Below the pieces are notes generated by a model. It searched no databases and was not told the DNA's origin. It saw only the letters and a list, made by a program, of their open reading frames with translations. A program made the position numbers and the translations under genes. Shown here one piece after another: positions 1-11,842 of a DNA stretch of 64,000 nucleotides. The first letter of the stretch is position 1; every line of letters starts with the position of its first letter. This DNA is from Balneolales bacterium (GTDB taxonomy: Bacteria; Bacteroidota; Rhodothermia; Balneolales; Natronogracilivirgulaceae). The stretch is taken from contig SLJN01000188.1 in the NCBI GenBank assembly GCA_007135115.1, forward strand, positions 46-64,045, read 5' to 3'.

Positions 1-73
1 AGGTCTGCGGTTCGCTATCCGTGAAGGTGGCCGTACGGTAGGCGCCGGTGTGGTAAGTACAATTAAGGATTAA
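1..73 (+). CDS. tuf: Elongation factor Tu, 3' end only (start lies upstream of the window)
   Basis: Reading from nt 2 gives GLRFAIREGGRTVGAGVVSTIKD followed by TAA at 71-73, the conserved EF-Tu C-terminus. It sits in the canonical position upstream of tRNA-Trp-secE-nusG. Confidence 0.9.
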   Translation, partial: GLRFAIREGGRTVGAGVVSTIKD

Positions 74-118
74 AACTAACAATCCTAAACAAACGTAACC
101 ACACTATAAAATTTGAGT

Positions 119-191
119 ACGGGTGTAGCTCAATTGGCAGAGCAACGGTCTCCAAAACCGTAGGTTGGGGGTTCGAGTCCCTCCACCCGTG
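119..191 (+). tRNA. tRNA-Trp (anticodon CCA)
   Basis: 73-nt cloverleaf folded by hand. Acceptor ACGGGTG/CACCCGT, D-stem GCTC/GAGC, anticodon stem ACGGT/ACCGT with loop CTCCAAA, T-stem GGGGG/CCCTC with loop TTCGAGT, discriminator G. The 3' CCA is not encoded. Confidence 0.93.
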
Positions 192-227
192 CAATTAAAA
201 AGTTTAAATAAGTGAAATACCAAATCC

Positions 228-413
228 ATGAATAAAATCAGGGAATTTATTGAAGGCGTTAAAAAAGAGATGGGTAAAGTGACCTGGCCTTCACAAAAAG
301 AATTGGTAGACAATACAATAATCGTTTGTGTGTTTGCCATAATCATATCCCTTTTCATCTTTGGTATCGATCAGGTATATAGCACTATTTTAGAAGCGGT
401 TTACCAGCGATAA
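228..413 (+). CDS. secE: Preprotein translocase subunit SecE
   Basis: 61-aa protein with the KEL..V.WP motif (VKKEMGKVTWPSQKELV) and a single C-terminal TM helix. It lies between tRNA-Trp and nusG, and its stop overlaps the nusG start (TAATG). Confidence 0.85.
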   Translation: MNKIREFIEGVKKEMGKVTWPSQKELVDNTIIVCVFAIIISLFIFGIDQVYSTILEAVYQR

Positions 414-979
414 TGGCTGATCAGCAAAATAACAATTGGTACGTAATCCGGGTATTTTCCGGGCACGAGAAGAAAGTTCGGGAATACCTGCAGCGTGAAA
501 TTACCATGCAGGGGCTTGAAGATAAAATTCAAGAACTGTTAATCCCTACAGAGACCGTAATTGAAATTCGCTCAGGAAAGAAACGTACCCGGGAGAAAAA
601 CTTCTTCCCCGGTTATTTGCTGATGAAAGGCATTTTTGACGACAGCGTCAATGAGGTGGTAAGTAATGCCCCTTCTGTAATTGGATTTCTGAAGAACGAT
701 AAAGCCAGCGATAAACCAACTCCATTGAAACCTGATGAGGTTGAACGCATTGTCGGTCGTGTACATGACAATGAGGAGATGGTTGCAAGCGGTGGCCTGG
801 TTGAAATACCTTTCAAGCAGGGAGATCTTGTAAAAGTTATTGACGGACCTTTCAAAGATTTCGACGGTTCCGTAGAAGAAGTTTATCCCGATAAATTAAA
901 GCTGCGAGTTCTGGTTAGTATTTTTGGAAGAAAGACTCCCGTTGAGGTGGATGTAAACCAGGTTGAGCCTGAGGCATAA
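413..979 (+). CDS. nusG: Transcription termination/antitermination factor NusG
   Basis: N-terminal WYV.R..SG.E.KV motif (NGN domain) and a C-terminal KOW region (GDLVKVIDGPFKDFDGSVEEV). Conserved operon position. Confidence 0.95.
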   Translation: MADQQNNNWYVIRVFSGHEKKVREYLQREITMQGLEDKIQELLIPTETVIEIRSGKKRTREKNFFPGYLLMKGIFDDSVNEVVSNAPSVIGFLKNDKASDKPTPLKPDEVERIVGRVHDNEEMVASGGLVEIPFKQGDLVKVIDGPFKDFDGSVEEVYPDKLKLRVLVSIFGRKTPVEVDVNQVEPEA

Positions 980-1030
980 AACTGAAACATGAACGCCGAT
1001 TGTAAGGCTAATACGGGTTATTGACAACTT

Positions 1031-1462
1031 ATGGCTAAAAAAGTCGAATCAGTTGTAAAACTTCAGATTATGGGCGGCCAGGCTAATCCAGCTCCACCAG
1101 TGGGGCCGGCATTGGGACAGGCAGGCGTAAACATAATGGAGTTTTGCAAGGCATTCAATGCCAAAACGCAAGAGAATACCGGCACACTGATTCCTGTCGA
1201 AATCACGGTATACTCTGATAAGTCTTTCACGTTTATTACCAAATCCCCGCCCGCACCGGTGTTGCTGAAACAAGCAGCTAAGGTGGATAAAGGTTCAGGT
1301 GAACCTAATCGGGTGAAAGTAGGTACCGTTACCTGGTCTCAGTGCGTGGATATTGCCAAACAGAAAATGGCAGATCTCAACGCACACGATGAGGAAGCGG
1401 GAGCTGAAATGATTGCCGGAACAGCCCGGAGTATGGGCTTGAGAGTTAATCGTAAAAAGTAA
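1031..1462 (+). CDS. rplK: 50S ribosomal protein L11
   Basis: Contains [32 protein letters not shown], the L11 signature region. Confidence 0.97.
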   Translation: MAKKVESVVKLQIMGGQANPAPPVGPALGQAGVNIMEFCKAFNAKTQENTGTLIPVEITVYSDKSFTFITKSPPAPVLLKQAAKVDKGSGEPNRVKVGTVTWSQCVDIAKQKMADLNAHDEEAGAEMIAGTARSMGLRVNRKK

Positions 1463-1471
1463 GAGGGGATT

Positions 1472-2164
1472 ATGGCAAAACGCGGAAAGAAATATCGACA
1501 GGCATTAGAAAAGCTCGATCCTGCTAAAGAATATTCCCTTGAAGAAGCTTCCCAGCTTGTAAAAGAAATTTCTTATGAAGGATTTGATGCTTCTGTAGAT
1601 CTTGATATCAGACTCGGAGTAGATCCTCGCCATGCCGATCAGATGGTACGTGGAACGGTATCTCTGCCACATGGCACAGGTAAGGATGTACGGGTTTTGG
1701 CACTGGTAAGTCCTGCCAAGCAGGATGAAGCTAAAGAAGCCGGAGCCGATCACGTAGGTTTGGATGACTATATCGAAAAGCTTCAGGAAGGCTGGACCGA
1801 TATAGACGTCATAGTCGCTACTCCTGATGTGATGGGAAAAATCGGTAAATTGGGTAAAGTACTTGGTCCAAGAGGCTTGATGCCCAACCCGAAAAGCGGA
1901 ACGGTAACAATGGATGTTGCCGATGCTGTAAAACAGGTAAAAGCCGGTCAAATTGACTTCCGGGTTGATAAGTATGGAATTTTACATACTTCCATCGGTA
2001 AAGTCAGCTTTCAGCCGGATCAGATTAAAGAAAATGCTGAGGCATTTTTAAAAACAGTTATCCGCATGAAGCCCGCATCATCTAAAGGGATTTACCTGCG
2101 AAGTATATCCATGAGCTCCACAATGGGGCCATCTATCCCGCTGAACAAGGGATCAGTAGCATAA
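1472..2164 (+). CDS. rplA: 50S ribosomal protein L1
   Basis: 230 aa with typical L1 motifs ([47 protein letters not shown]). Confidence 0.97.
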   Translation: MAKRGKKYRQALEKLDPAKEYSLEEASQLVKEISYEGFDASVDLDIRLGVDPRHADQMVRGTVSLPHGTGKDVRVLALVSPAKQDEAKEAGADHVGLDDYIEKLQEGWTDIDVIVATPDVMGKIGKLGKVLGPRGLMPNPKSGTVTMDVADAVKQVKAGQIDFRVDKYGILHTSIGKVSFQPDQIKENAEAFLKTVIRMKPASSKGIYLRSISMSSTMGPSIPLNKGSVA

Positions 2165-2194
2165 GTTTAACCGAATAGACAGAAGGTATAAATC

Positions 2195-2731
2195 ATGCCT
2201 ACGCTTGCAGAAAAAAAGGCCGTAGTTGAAAATCTGGTAGAAGAGATTAATGAATCAGATGGCATTTATGTAACTGACTACACTGGTATGTCAGTGGCAG
2301 AAATGAACGAACTGCGGTCGCAGTTTACCGAGAAGGGTATAACCTTTAAAATCAGTAGAAATACACTGTTCCGTCGTGCTCTTGATGAGGTAGACGGTGA
2401 AGGTTTTGACGATCTCAAAGAGCACATGGTTGAACAGAATGCCGTGGCTTTTATATCCGGAGACCCTTCTTTACCGGCCAAAATCCTGAAGAATAGACAA
2501 AAAGGAAAACAGGAAAAGCCTGCCTTCAAAGTTGCCGTGATCGATGGCGTAATTTACGAAAGCGATCAACTCGATAATTTGGCGGCTATGAAATCCAAAG
2601 AAGAAGTCATTGGCGATATTGTTGGCCTGCTGCTTAGCCCGGCTAGCAATGTGGTTAGTGCGCTTCAATCCCAGGGCTCAAATCTGGCCGGTGCAATAAA
2701 AACAATCGCTGATAAGGAAGAAGATTCCTAA
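2195..2731 (+). CDS. rplJ: 50S ribosomal protein L10
   Basis: 178 aa, position between rplA and rplL, L10-like N-terminus (K..VV..L.E.....G.Y..DY.G..V.EM..LR). Confidence 0.93.
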   Translation: MPTLAEKKAVVENLVEEINESDGIYVTDYTGMSVAEMNELRSQFTEKGITFKISRNTLFRRALDEVDGEGFDDLKEHMVEQNAVAFISGDPSLPAKILKNRQKGKQEKPAFKVAVIDGVIYESDQLDNLAAMKSKEEVIGDIVGLLLSPASNVVSALQSQGSNLAGAIKTIADKEEDS

Positions 2732-2770
2732 GAGTTTAATCGTAAATCAAATAATCGGAGACATAAAGAA

Positions 2771-3151
2771 ATGGCTGACGTTAAAGAACTCGCTGATCAA
2801 CTGGTGAATCTCACCATTAAAGAAGCCAACGAACTGGCGCAAATTCTCGAAGATGAACACGGCATTAAGCCTGCTGCCACTGCCGTAGCAGCTGCACCTG
2901 CAGCCGGTGGTGGTGAGGAAGCAGCTGCCGCTGAAGAACAAACCGAATTCGATGTTGTTCTTAAATCAGCGGGTGGAAATAAAATTGCTGTAATTAAAGA
3001 AGTTCGTGCTATTACTGGCCTCGGACTGAAAGAAGCTAAAGAAATTGTGGACGGCGCTCCAAGCAACCTCAAAGAAGGTGTTGAAAAAGAGGAAGCCGAA
3101 AGCATGAAAGAAAAGCTTACAGAAGCCGGAGCCGAGATCGAATTGAAATAA
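2771..3151 (+). CDS. rplL: 50S ribosomal protein L7/L12
   Basis: 126 aa with an Ala/Glu-rich hinge and a C-terminal domain ([59 protein letters not shown]). Confidence 0.97.
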   Translation: MADVKELADQLVNLTIKEANELAQILEDEHGIKPAATAVAAAPAAGGGEEAAAAEEQTEFDVVLKSAGGNKIAVIKEVRAITGLGLKEAKEIVDGAPSNLKEGVEKEEAESMKEKLTEAGAEIELK

Positions 3152-3177
3152 ATTCGGCCGTTTAGTTCTTGCTGATT

Positions 3178-3207
3178 AGCCAATATCGACTCTGTTCGGT
3201 ATTGGCT
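3178..3207 (+). promoter_or_regulatory. Stem-loop in the rplL-rpoB spacer (possible partial attenuator)
   Basis: AGCCAATATCGA / TCGGTATTGGCT forms a 12-bp stem with one G-T pair and a 6-nt loop. There is no clean T-run after it. The position matches the classical rplL-rpoB attenuator location. Confidence 0.35.
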
Positions 3208-3280
3208 ATTGGCGTCTTAACAACCTTTTGCTAAAAGCGCGTTAACAGCCTCTCCCACCACGAAATCAAATCAAGGTACC

Positions 3281-6200
3281 TTGAGCACTACAACGCATAC
3301 CATGCCACATACGGGCAGAATATCTTTTGCCCGAACGAAGCACGTAATAGATTATCCCGACTTTCTGGATATCCAGCTCGACTCGTTCAGAAAATTTGCA
3401 CAACTTGATAAAGGGCCCGAAGATCGTGAAGATATGGGCCTTCAGCTAATTTTTAATGAACACTTCCCGATAACGGATTCCAGAGAACAGAATATTCTTG
3501 AATTTATCTACTATGCTGTAGATACACCAAAATACAGTATTGAAGAGTGTCAGGATCGGGGTTTAACGTATTCATTGCCGCTAAAGGCGAAACTGCGTCT
3601 TTCTGCAATGGATCAGACGGATGAAGCCAGTGAAACCATCGAACAAGAGGTGTTTCTTGGCGACCTTCCCTGGATGACTGAGCGGGGTACGTTCATCATC
3701 AATGGTGCCGAAAGGGTTATTGTTAGCCAGCTGCATAGATCCCCCGGGGTCTTTTTCGGACAATCCGTTCACCCGAACGGTACCCGATTGTATTCGGCTC
3801 GAATTATTCCTTTCAAAGGATCCTGGATTGAGTTTACTACCGATATCCGGGATGTGTTGTGGGCTTATATCGACAGGAAGAAAAAGCTTCCTGTTACTAC
3901 TATGCTGCGTGCATTAGGCTATGCGACAGACTATGAGCTGCTCAGTATATTTGGTCTGTCCGAAGAGGTAAGTGTTAAAAATCAAAAAGAGTTTAACAAG
4001 CTTGTCGGTCGTAAACTTGCTACCGACATTGCTGAGGTGGTCACGGAAGAGGTTGTCGACGAAGAAACCGGTGAAGTTACCGAAGCAAAGAAACGAAATA
4101 TCATCATTGCTCGTGAGCATGAGCTTACTGAAGATGATTATGAGGCTATAAAGCGTAGTGGTGAGAAAAAACTCCTGGTTATAAGTGAAGAAGTTGAAGA
4201 ATCTGAAAATTCAGTAATTCTCAACACCCTTCGCAAGGATACCACGTTTGATGAGGAATCAGCTCTTGCAGAGGTATACCGTCAGATTCGTTCCGGTGAA
4301 ATGCCGGATGTTGAAACGGCCCGTTCCGTCTTAGAGCGCCTTTTCTTCAGTGATAAGAAATATGACCTGGGGCAGGTTGGCCGGTACCGCTTGAATAAGC
4401 GACTCCATTTGGATGAGGATCTGGAGACACAGATTCTGACCAAAAATGATATCATTGCGATTATCAAAGAGCTTATCCGGCTGAAGAATATGAAATCTCA
4501 GGTGGATGATATTGATCACCTAAGTAATCGCCGTACCCGAACTGTGGGTGAACAACTGGGTCAGCAATTCGGACTCGGACTTGCCAGAATGGCCCGAACG
4601 ATCCGGGAGCGAATGAATTCCCGAGATGCTGAGCAGTTTACTCCTCAGGATCTGGTGAATGCCCGTACCATATCTTCGGTAATTAACACCTTTTTTGGTA
4701 CGAATCAGCTTTCGCAATTCATGGATCAGACGAACCCGATTGCTGAGTTGACACACAAACGCCGCATGTCTGCTCTCGGACCAGGAGGTCTGACCCGAGA
4801 AAGAGCCGGCTTTGAGGTGCGTGACGTTCACTATACCCACTACGGCAGACTTTGCCCGATTGAAACACCTGAGGGACCAAACATTGGTCTTATCACCTCA
4901 CTTTGTGTGCACGCTAAAGTCAATGACTTTGGGTTCATCGAAACCCCTTACCGAAAGGTTGACGGAGATAAAGTAACAGATAATGTTGAATATCTTGCTG
5001 CTGAGCAGGAAGATGAAACAGTTATCGCACAGGCTAATGCTCCGTTGACAGATAAATCTGAGTTTGAAAATGATTTGATTTTCTCACGCTTCCGGGATAG
5101 TAATGTTGGGTTGGCACGTCCTGATCAAGTGGAATACATGGACGTAGCTCCGAACCAAATTACCTCAGTGGCAGCCGCACTGATTCCATTTATTGAACAC
5201 GATGACGCTAACCGTGCTCTGATGGGATCAAACATGCAGCGCCAAGGTGTCCCGCTTTTACGACCGGAAGCTCCTGTTGTTGGTACCGGTATGGAATACC
5301 GCGCTGCGCGTGATTCCCGGGCAATGATCGTAGCTGAAGGCGATGGCGAAGTTGTTTACGTAAGCGCAACGGAAGTGAAGGTGCGCTACGAAAGAGATGA
5401 GCAAGAAGAACTCGCTTATTTTGATGACGGAGTTGTTAGCTACAAGCTTAGAAAATTTGAGCGAACCAATCAGGATACCACTGCCAACCAAAAGCCGATT
5501 GTAGATGTCGGTGACAAGGTAACCGATGGTACACCTCTGGCAGACGGATGTGCTACCGATGGCGGTGAACTTGCGTTGGGACGTAACCTACTGGTAGCAT
5601 TCATGCCGTGGAGAGGATATAATTTTGAGGATGCCATTACCGTCAGCGAGCGAGTAGTATCCGATGATATTTATACCTCAATTCACATTCAGGAGTTTGA
5701 ACAACAGGTCCGGGACACCAAGCGAGGTGAAGAGGAATTAACCCGTGAGATTCCGAATGTCAGTGAAGATGCAACACGCAATCTTGATGAAACCGGAATA
5801 ATCCGGGAAGGTGCTAAAATTAAACACGGTGATATCATCGTGGGTAAAATTACACCTAAAGGTGAAACCGACCCTACTCCTGAAGAAAAACTGCTCCGCG
5901 CGATTTTTGGTGATAAAGCCGGAGATGTTAAAGATGCATCTCTGAAAACCCCGCCGGGCGTTTCCGGAATTGTCATCGATACTAAGCTCTTTTCCAGAAA
6001 ACGAGACGAACAGGTTTCCAGAAAAGAGGAAAAAGAGCTGGTTGAGAAGGAAAACAAAGAGCATAAAGAGCAAGTGATCGCCCTTAACCGTAATTGGGCC
6101 GATCGCATGTACAAGTTGCTGAAAGATAAGACCTCTCCGGGTATTACGGATCGAAACGGGGTTGAACTTATTCCGAAAGGTGATAAATACCGTAAACAGA

Positions 6201-7108
6201 TCTTTGAAGACTTGGATCCGGTTAATATTTCACCTTCGCAGCCTTGGTGTCAGGATACCAAAACCAATGAGGTTGTTGCCAGGCTGTTTCAGAACTATAT
6301 CAAAATCAGAAGGCAATATGAGTCTGACTTGAAGCGCAGAAAGTATGCGATTCAAGTTGGTGATGAGCTGCCACCGGGTATCGTTCAAAAAGCAAAAGTT
6401 TATGTTGCTAAGAAACGCAAACTCCAGGTAGGAGATAAGATGGCCGGACGACACGGTAACAAAGGTGTTGTGGCCAATGTCGTACCTGTGGAGGATATGC
6501 CGTTTCTGGAAGATGGAAAACCGGTAGATATCGTTCTGAATCCACTTGGTGTACCATCTCGAATGAACCTCGGCCAGATTTATGAAACCATTCTCGGCTG
6601 GGCCGCTAAAGGCCTCGGGGTTAAATTCGCAACACCAATTTTTGATGGGGCATCTTACGATGATGTCCAGAGTAAGCTAAAAGAAGCCGGACTTCCGGAA
6701 GACGGCCGTACCTACTTGTACGACGGAAGAACCGGGGAGAAGCTGGATCAGAAAACTACGGTGGGTTACATCTATATGATGAAACTTAACCACCTGATCG
6801 AAGATAAGATGCATGCCCGATCTATCGGACCGTATTCACTGATTACGCAGCAACCACTCGGTGGTAAGGCGCAATTCGGTGGTCAGCGTCTTGGAGAAAT
6901 GGAGGTTTGGGCGCTTTACGCCTACGGTGCATCCAGTATTCTCAAAGAAATGCTTACGGTAAAAAGTGACGATGTTAAAGGTCGTTCCAAGATTTATGAG
7001 GCCATTGTTAAAGGGGAAAATCTCCCCGATGGTGGAACACCAGAGTCATTCAACGTACTGCTGCGTGAACTTCAGGGACTCGGTCTTGAAGTCAACATTG
7101 AGCAGTAA
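3281..7108 (+). CDS. rpoB: DNA-directed RNA polymerase subunit beta
   Basis: 1,275-aa ORF with hallmark beta-subunit blocks (GTFIINGAERVIVSQLHRSPGV, NMQRQGVPLL, GDKMAGRHGNKGV, GGQRLGEMEVWAL). The track start at 3281 is TTG. An ATG at 3302 (MPHTGRISFA...) is an equally plausible start. Confidence 0.97.
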   Translation: MSTTTHTMPHTGRISFARTKHVIDYPDFLDIQLDSFRKFAQLDKGPEDREDMGLQLIFNEHFPITDSREQNILEFIYYAVDTPKYSIEECQDRGLTYSLPLKAKLRLSAMDQTDEASETIEQEVFLGDLPWMTERGTFIINGAERVIVSQLHRSPGVFFGQSVHPNGTRLYSARIIPFKGSWIEFTTDIRDVLWAYIDRKKKLPVTTMLRALGYATDYELLSIFGLSEEVSVKNQKEFNKLVGRKLATDIAEVVTEEVVDEETGEVTEAKKRNIIIAREHELTEDDYEAIKRSGEKKLLVISEEVEESENSVILNTLRKDTTFDEESALAEVYRQIRSGEMPDVETARSVLERLFFSDKKYDLGQVGRYRLNKRLHLDEDLETQILTKNDIIAIIKELIRLKNMKSQVDDIDHLSNRRTRTVGEQLGQQFGLGLARMARTIRERMNSRDAEQFTPQDLVNARTISSVINTFFGTNQLSQFMDQTNPIAELTHKRRMSALGPGGLTRERAGFEVRDVHYTHYGRLCPIETPEGPNIGLITSLCVHAKVNDFGFIETPYRKVDGDKVTDNVEYLAAEQEDETVIAQANAPLTDKSEFENDLIFSRFRDSNVGLARPDQVEYMDVAPNQITSVAAALIPFIEHDDANRALMGSNMQRQGVPLLRPEAPVVGTGMEYRAARDSRAMIVAEGDGEVVYVSATEVKVRYERDEQEELAYFDDGVVSYKLRKFERTNQDTTANQKPIVDVGDKVTDGTPLADGCATDGGELALGRNLLVAFMPWRGYNFEDAITVSERVVSDDIYTSIHIQEFEQQVRDTKRGEEELTREIPNVSEDATRNLDETGIIREGAKIKHGDIIVGKITPKGETDPTPEEKLLRAIFGDKAGDVKDASLKTPPGVSGIVIDTKLFSRKRDEQVSRKEEKELVEKENKEHKEQVIALNRNWADRMYKLLKDKTSPGITDRNGVELIPKGDKYRKQIFEDLDPVNISPSQPWCQDTKTNEVVARLFQNYIKIRRQYESDLKRRKYAIQVGDELPPGIVQKAKVYVAKKRKLQVGDKMAGRHGNKGVVANVVPVEDMPFLEDGKPVDIVLNPLGVPSRMNLGQIYETILGWAAKGLGVKFATPIFDGASYDDVQSKLKEAGLPEDGRTYLYDGRTGEKLDQKTTVGYIYMMKLNHLIEDKMHARSIGPYSLITQQPLGGKAQFGGQRLGEMEVWALYAYGASSILKEMLTVKSDDVKGRSKIYEAIVKGENLPDGGTPESFNVLLRELQGLGLEVNIEQ

Positions 7109-7158
7109 TAGCCGTAACCCGTCAACAAATTTGATATTAAACCTTCGGAGGTATATCC

Positions 7159-10100
7159 TTGCCGTTTACTAAAAGCGACTCCGTAACAAAAGATTTTAAA
7201 CACATCCGACTGTCACTCTCCTCAGCCGAAACTATTCTTTCGCGCTCAAACGGAGAAGTGTTAAATCCGGAAACCATCAACTATCGTACGTTCAAGCCTG
7301 AAAAAGACGGTTTGTTCTGCGAGAAAATTTTCGGTCCTGTAAAGGACTGGGAATGCCATTGCGGTAAATACAAGAGAATACGCTACAAGGGTATTATCTG
7401 TGACCGTTGTGGTGTTGAGGTAACCCGAAAGGCCGTTCGCCGAGAGCGAATGGGTCACATTCAGCTATGTGTTCCGGTTGTTCATATTTGGTATTTCAAA
7501 TCTCTGCCAAATAAAATTGCATACCTACTCGGCCTATCTTCCAAAAACCTGGAAAAAATCGTTTACTACGAAAGTTTTGTGGTGATCAATCCGGGCATGG
7601 CAAGGGACTTGGGCTACAAGATGGGCGACTTACTCACAGAAGAGGAGTATTTCGACATCATGGCTCAGTTGCCCGAAGATCACTATGAGCTGGACGATGA
7701 CGATCCGGACAAGTTCGTTGTGAAGATGGGTGCGGAAGCTATTGAGAAGATGCTGGGTAGCATTGATCTCGATAAAACTGCCTATGAGCATCGCGAAGGA
7801 GTCAAAAACGAGACTTCGATGATGCGTAAGAAGAAGATGCTGAAGCGTCTTCAGGTAGTAGAATCTTTCAGAGCGGCCAACAAACGAATTGAAAACCGTC
7901 CGGAATGGATGGTAATGCGCGTAATACCGGTTATCCCTCCGGAATTACGTCCCCTCGTACCTCTTGAAGGTGGTCGTTTTGCAACATCCGACCTTAATGA
8001 TCTGTACCGCCGGGTTATTATCCGAAATAACCGACTGAAGCGACTCATAGATATTAAAGCTCCTGATGTCATTCTGCGGAATGAAAAGCGTATGCTTCAG
8101 GAAGCGGTCGACTCCCTTTTCGATAATTCGCGGAAGATGAATGCGGTACGGAGCAACAACCGTCCGTTGAAATCACTCAGCGACATGCTGAAAGGTAAAA
8201 ACGGACGATTCCGTCAAAACCTTCTCGGTAAGCGTGTTGACTATTCAGGCCGATCTGTAATTGTTGTCGGACCGGAGCTCAAACTGCATGAATGTGGTCT
8301 TCCGAAAGAAATGGCGGTAGAGCTCTACAAGCCGTTTATCATCCGTCGGTTGATCGAAAGAGGTTATGTTAAAACCGTAAAAAGCGCTAAAAAAGTAGTA
8401 GATCGTAGGGATGAGGTCGTCTGGGATGTCCTCGAAAAAGTAATTGACGGACACCCGGTCATGCTCAACCGCGCTCCGACCTTGCACCGTCTTGGTATTC
8501 AGGCCTATCAGCCGGTACTGATCGAAAACAAAGCGATTCAGCTTCACCCGCTTTCTTGTGCGGCATTCAACGCTGACTTTGACGGTGACCAAATGGCGGT
8601 TCACCTGCCGCTGAGCCATGATGCCATCCTCGAAGCATCCGTATTGATGCTTGGTTCCCATAATATTCTGAGTCCCGCAAGTGGTGCTCCGATTATGGTA
8701 CCTTCGCAGGATATGGTTCTGGGTACCTATTACCTCACCAAAATGGGTGATGGCAGAAAAGGAGAAGGCAAGAATTTTGCATCAACCGATGAAGTGTTAA
8801 TTGCCTACGACCAGGGCATTATTGACATGCACGCCAAAGTTAATCTGAGAATCAAATCAGGTGAAGGTGAAGATGCTACTTCCGAATTGGTTAAGACAAC
8901 AGCTGGAAGGGTTATTTTTAATGAAATCATCCCTGATCCACTGCAGTTTCAGAATAAAACCTTTGGTAAGAAGGAGCTTCGTCAGTTAATCGGTGATGTA
9001 TTCAATCAAACCGGAACAGCTCTTACGTCAAGATTTCTCGATGAGATGAAATATCTTGGTTTTGAGACTGCGACTACCGGGGGATTGTCATTCAGCCTTG
9101 AGGATATTGTAATTCCTGATGAAAAAGCCAAGTACGTGAACCAGGCACAGGATGAAGTCAACAGTATTCTTGAGCGCTACGAAAATGGTTTTATCACCGA
9201 TAATGAGCGATACAACCAGGTTGTAGATAAATGGACAAGTACAACCAACCGTGTATCGGAAACGCTGTTCAACGCGCTTTCCAACGATAAAGGCGGTTTC
9301 AATCCGGTATTCATGATGGCTGATTCCGGAGCTCGTGGTTCTAAAGAGCAGATCCGTCAGCTTGGTGGTATGCGCGGATTGATGGCCAAGCCTCAGAAAA
9401 GTTCAATCGAAGGCGGATCTGAGGTAATTGAAACTCCGATTCTTTCAAGTTTTAAAGAAGGCCTGACCGTACTTGAATACTTTATCTCAACACACGGTGC
9501 CCGAAAAGGTCTGGCTGATACCGCTCTTAAGACTGCCGATGCCGGTTATCTCACTCGTCGACTTGTAGACGTATCTCAAGATGTCATTGTAACCGAAAAT
9601 GACTGTGGTACACTCCGGGGAGTTCGAATGCAGGCACTCAAGGACAACGAGGAAATCGTTGAGAGCCTTGAAGATCGCATCCTTGGTCGGGTTTCAATGC
9701 ATGATGTATATGACCCGCTTACCGATGAGTTGATCGTTGAATCAAATGAAATGATCGATGAAACGGTAGCCCAGAAGATTGCCGAAACTTCACTTGAAGA
9801 AGTCGAAATCCGGTCGGTGCTTACCTGTGAATCACCAAGAGGTGTTTGCTCAAAATGCTATGGTCGTGACCTCGGCCGTGGGCAGCTCGTTCAATCAGGT
9901 GAGGCAGTAGGTGTTATTGCTGCTCAATCAATTGGTGAGCCCGGAACTCAGCTGACGCTTCGAACATTCCACGTTGGTGGTACCGCATCACGAATGGAGT
10001 CTGAGTCGCAGCATAAAGCTAAGTTCGATGGTAAGATCCAATTCGAAAATATGCGGGTTGTTGAGTACGATGATGGTGAAGAGATGTACAACATTGTACT

Positions 10101-11481
10101 CAGTAGGGCCGGTGAGATAAAACTGGTTGATGAGACCGGTAAAACGCTATCCAATTACAACATCCCTTACGGTTCTGAAATTCTTGTCGAAGATGGGGAT
10201 ACCGTTCCTAAAGGAGCACCGATTTGTAAGTGGGACCCCTACAATGCCTTGATTTTCTCAGAGCTCAATGGAAAAGTTGAGTATAAAGATATCATTGAGG
10301 GTGTTACCTACACCGATGAAACCGATACGCAAACCGGCCACAAAGAAAAAGTAATTACGGATACCAAAGATCGCAGTCTCGTACCGACGCTTATCGTTAA
10401 GGGTGAAGGCGATAGAATCCGTGAGACAACATTGCCGGTGGGTGCACACGTGATTATCGAACATGATGAACCGGTTCAGGCTGGTCAGGTTATTGCGAAG
10501 ATACCGCGGACATCCGCTTCCAAATCCAAAGATATTACGGCCGGACTGCCGCGTGTGACAGAGCTTTTTGAAGCTCGTCCGCCAAGCGACCCGGCTGATG
10601 TCTCTGAAATTGAAGGTATTGTTAAGCTTGGAGCCCGTAAGCGTGGTTCACAGGAAGTTACCGTTACCAGTAAAGACGGCACAGATACCAAAACCTATCT
10701 GATTCCGCTGGCTAAGCATATCCTGGTACAGGATAATGATTATGTAAAAGCTGGTGATCCACTTTCTGATGGAGCAATTATGCCACAGGATATCCTGAAT
10801 ATCCTTGGGCCGTATGCCGTTCAATCGTATCTGGTAAATGAGATTCAGGAGGTATACCGACTGCAAGGTGTGAAAATCAATGACAAACATATTGAGGTCA
10901 TTGTAAGAACCATGATGCAGAAGGTAGAAATCACCGATCCGGGAGATACCATTTATCTGGAAGGGGACAAAGTTGACCGTTTTGAAGTTAACCGTACAAA
11001 CGACTCCCTGATAGATAAATACGTCGTTACCGATGTAGGTGACTCTGATCTTAAACTCGGATCATTGTTAAATCGCCGTGAAATCAGAGAGGTTAATAAT
11101 GCTCTGATTAAAGATGGCAAAAAAGAAATTGAAACACGTGAAGCCGAACCGGCCATTTCAAAGCCGATCTTGCTCGGAATTACACGTGCGGCACTTTCAA
11201 CTGATAGCTGGTTATCAGCTGCTTCATTCCAGGAGACTACCAAAGTCCTTACTCAGGCTGCCGTTGAAGCTAAAGAAGATCATCTGCTCGGTCTGAAGGA
11301 AAATGTTGTAGTCGGTCATAAAGTGCCGGCAGGTACCGGACTTCGTAAATATCAGGATGTCATTGTCGGCTCTAAATCCGAAATGGAAGATGTAGCCCCG
11401 GCATCCAAAGTATTCGAAGAACTGGGTACTGACGGAGGTAATGGCGAAAATGTTCGTCAGCAAGAAGACAGTGATAAGTAA
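7159..11481 (+). CDS. rpoC: DNA-directed RNA polymerase subunit beta'
   Basis: 1,440-aa ORF with a zinc-finger region ([23 protein letters not shown]), the catalytic [12 protein letters not shown] motif and trigger-loop regions. TTG start preceded by GGAGG about 7 nt upstream. Confidence 0.97.
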   Translation: MPFTKSDSVTKDFKHIRLSLSSAETILSRSNGEVLNPETINYRTFKPEKDGLFCEKIFGPVKDWECHCGKYKRIRYKGIICDRCGVEVTRKAVRRERMGHIQLCVPVVHIWYFKSLPNKIAYLLGLSSKNLEKIVYYESFVVINPGMARDLGYKMGDLLTEEEYFDIMAQLPEDHYELDDDDPDKFVVKMGAEAIEKMLGSIDLDKTAYEHREGVKNETSMMRKKKMLKRLQVVESFRAANKRIENRPEWMVMRVIPVIPPELRPLVPLEGGRFATSDLNDLYRRVIIRNNRLKRLIDIKAPDVILRNEKRMLQEAVDSLFDNSRKMNAVRSNNRPLKSLSDMLKGKNGRFRQNLLGKRVDYSGRSVIVVGPELKLHECGLPKEMAVELYKPFIIRRLIERGYVKTVKSAKKVVDRRDEVVWDVLEKVIDGHPVMLNRAPTLHRLGIQAYQPVLIENKAIQLHPLSCAAFNADFDGDQMAVHLPLSHDAILEASVLMLGSHNILSPASGAPIMVPSQDMVLGTYYLTKMGDGRKGEGKNFASTDEVLIAYDQGIIDMHAKVNLRIKSGEGEDATSELVKTTAGRVIFNEIIPDPLQFQNKTFGKKELRQLIGDVFNQTGTALTSRFLDEMKYLGFETATTGGLSFSLEDIVIPDEKAKYVNQAQDEVNSILERYENGFITDNERYNQVVDKWTSTTNRVSETLFNALSNDKGGFNPVFMMADSGARGSKEQIRQLGGMRGLMAKPQKSSIEGGSEVIETPILSSFKEGLTVLEYFISTHGARKGLADTALKTADAGYLTRRLVDVSQDVIVTENDCGTLRGVRMQALKDNEEIVESLEDRILGRVSMHDVYDPLTDELIVESNEMIDETVAQKIAETSLEEVEIRSVLTCESPRGVCSKCYGRDLGRGQLVQSGEAVGVIAAQSIGEPGTQLTLRTFHVGGTASRMESESQHKAKFDGKIQFENMRVVEYDDGEEMYNIVLSRAGEIKLVDETGKTLSNYNIPYGSEILVEDGDTVPKGAPICKWDPYNALIFSELNGKVEYKDIIEGVTYTDETDTQTGHKEKVITDTKDRSLVPTLIVKGEGDRIRETTLPVGAHVIIEHDEPVQAGQVIAKIPRTSASKSKDITAGLPRVTELFEARPPSDPADVSEIEGIVKLGARKRGSQEVTVTSKDGTDTKTYLIPLAKHILVQDNDYVKAGDPLSDGAIMPQDILNILGPYAVQSYLVNEIQEVYRLQGVKINDKHIEVIVRTMMQKVEITDPGDTIYLEGDKVDRFEVNRTNDSLIDKYVVTDVGDSDLKLGSLLNRREIREVNNALIKDGKKEIETREAEPAISKPILLGITRAALSTDSWLSAASFQETTKVLTQAAVEAKEDHLLGLKENVVVGHKVPAGTGLRKYQDVIVGSKSEMEDVAPASKVFEELGTDGGNGENVRQQEDSDK

Positions 11482-11508
11482 GCTGCACTGAAAAAACCTT
11501 TATAAAAG

Positions 11509-11542
11509 CCCCTGTTCATAAAATTGAGCAGGGGTTTTTTTT
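11509..11542 (+). terminator. Rho-independent terminator of the rpoBC operon
   Basis: CCCCTGTTCA / TGAGCAGGGG stem (10 bp, one G-T pair), loop TAAAAT, followed by eight T residues. It starts 28 nt after the rpoC stop. Confidence 0.8.
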
Positions 11543-11842
11543 GAAATAAATGTGGATAAAACTTTTCAAAAAATCAGCAGAGTATTATATTACTCACGCG
11601 TTTAAATAAGGCTTTATGTGAATGTACCATCACCCCATTTAAATACCAATATTTAATAAAGCTCTGCACTTTAAAGCCGGTTAAGCTGATCACTTAATCG
11701 GCTTTTAATTTCCCATAATAGTAGAGCACTATTAGGCAGGGCAGGGAGGAAGAGCTTAGTTCAGTGGTTTAAGTTTAAGCAGGACAGGTAGCTGTTTGAA
11801 CAGTTACATCAGCCAAATGAATCAATGTTGGAAAAGAGGGGT

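Noticed and set aside
104-358. 84-aa minus-strand ORF overlapping tRNA-Trp and secE. Likewise the 63-aa ORF at 60699-60890, which overlaps tRNA-Thr.
   Set aside because: Each spans a well-folded tRNA gene and/or a conserved CDS on the other strand. These are typical spurious ORFs.
980-1030. Possible L1-binding autoregulatory leader upstream of rplK, and an L10 leader upstream of rplJ
   Set aside because: The spacers are short (51 nt and 30 nt). I could not identify the 23S-mimic structure with any confidence.
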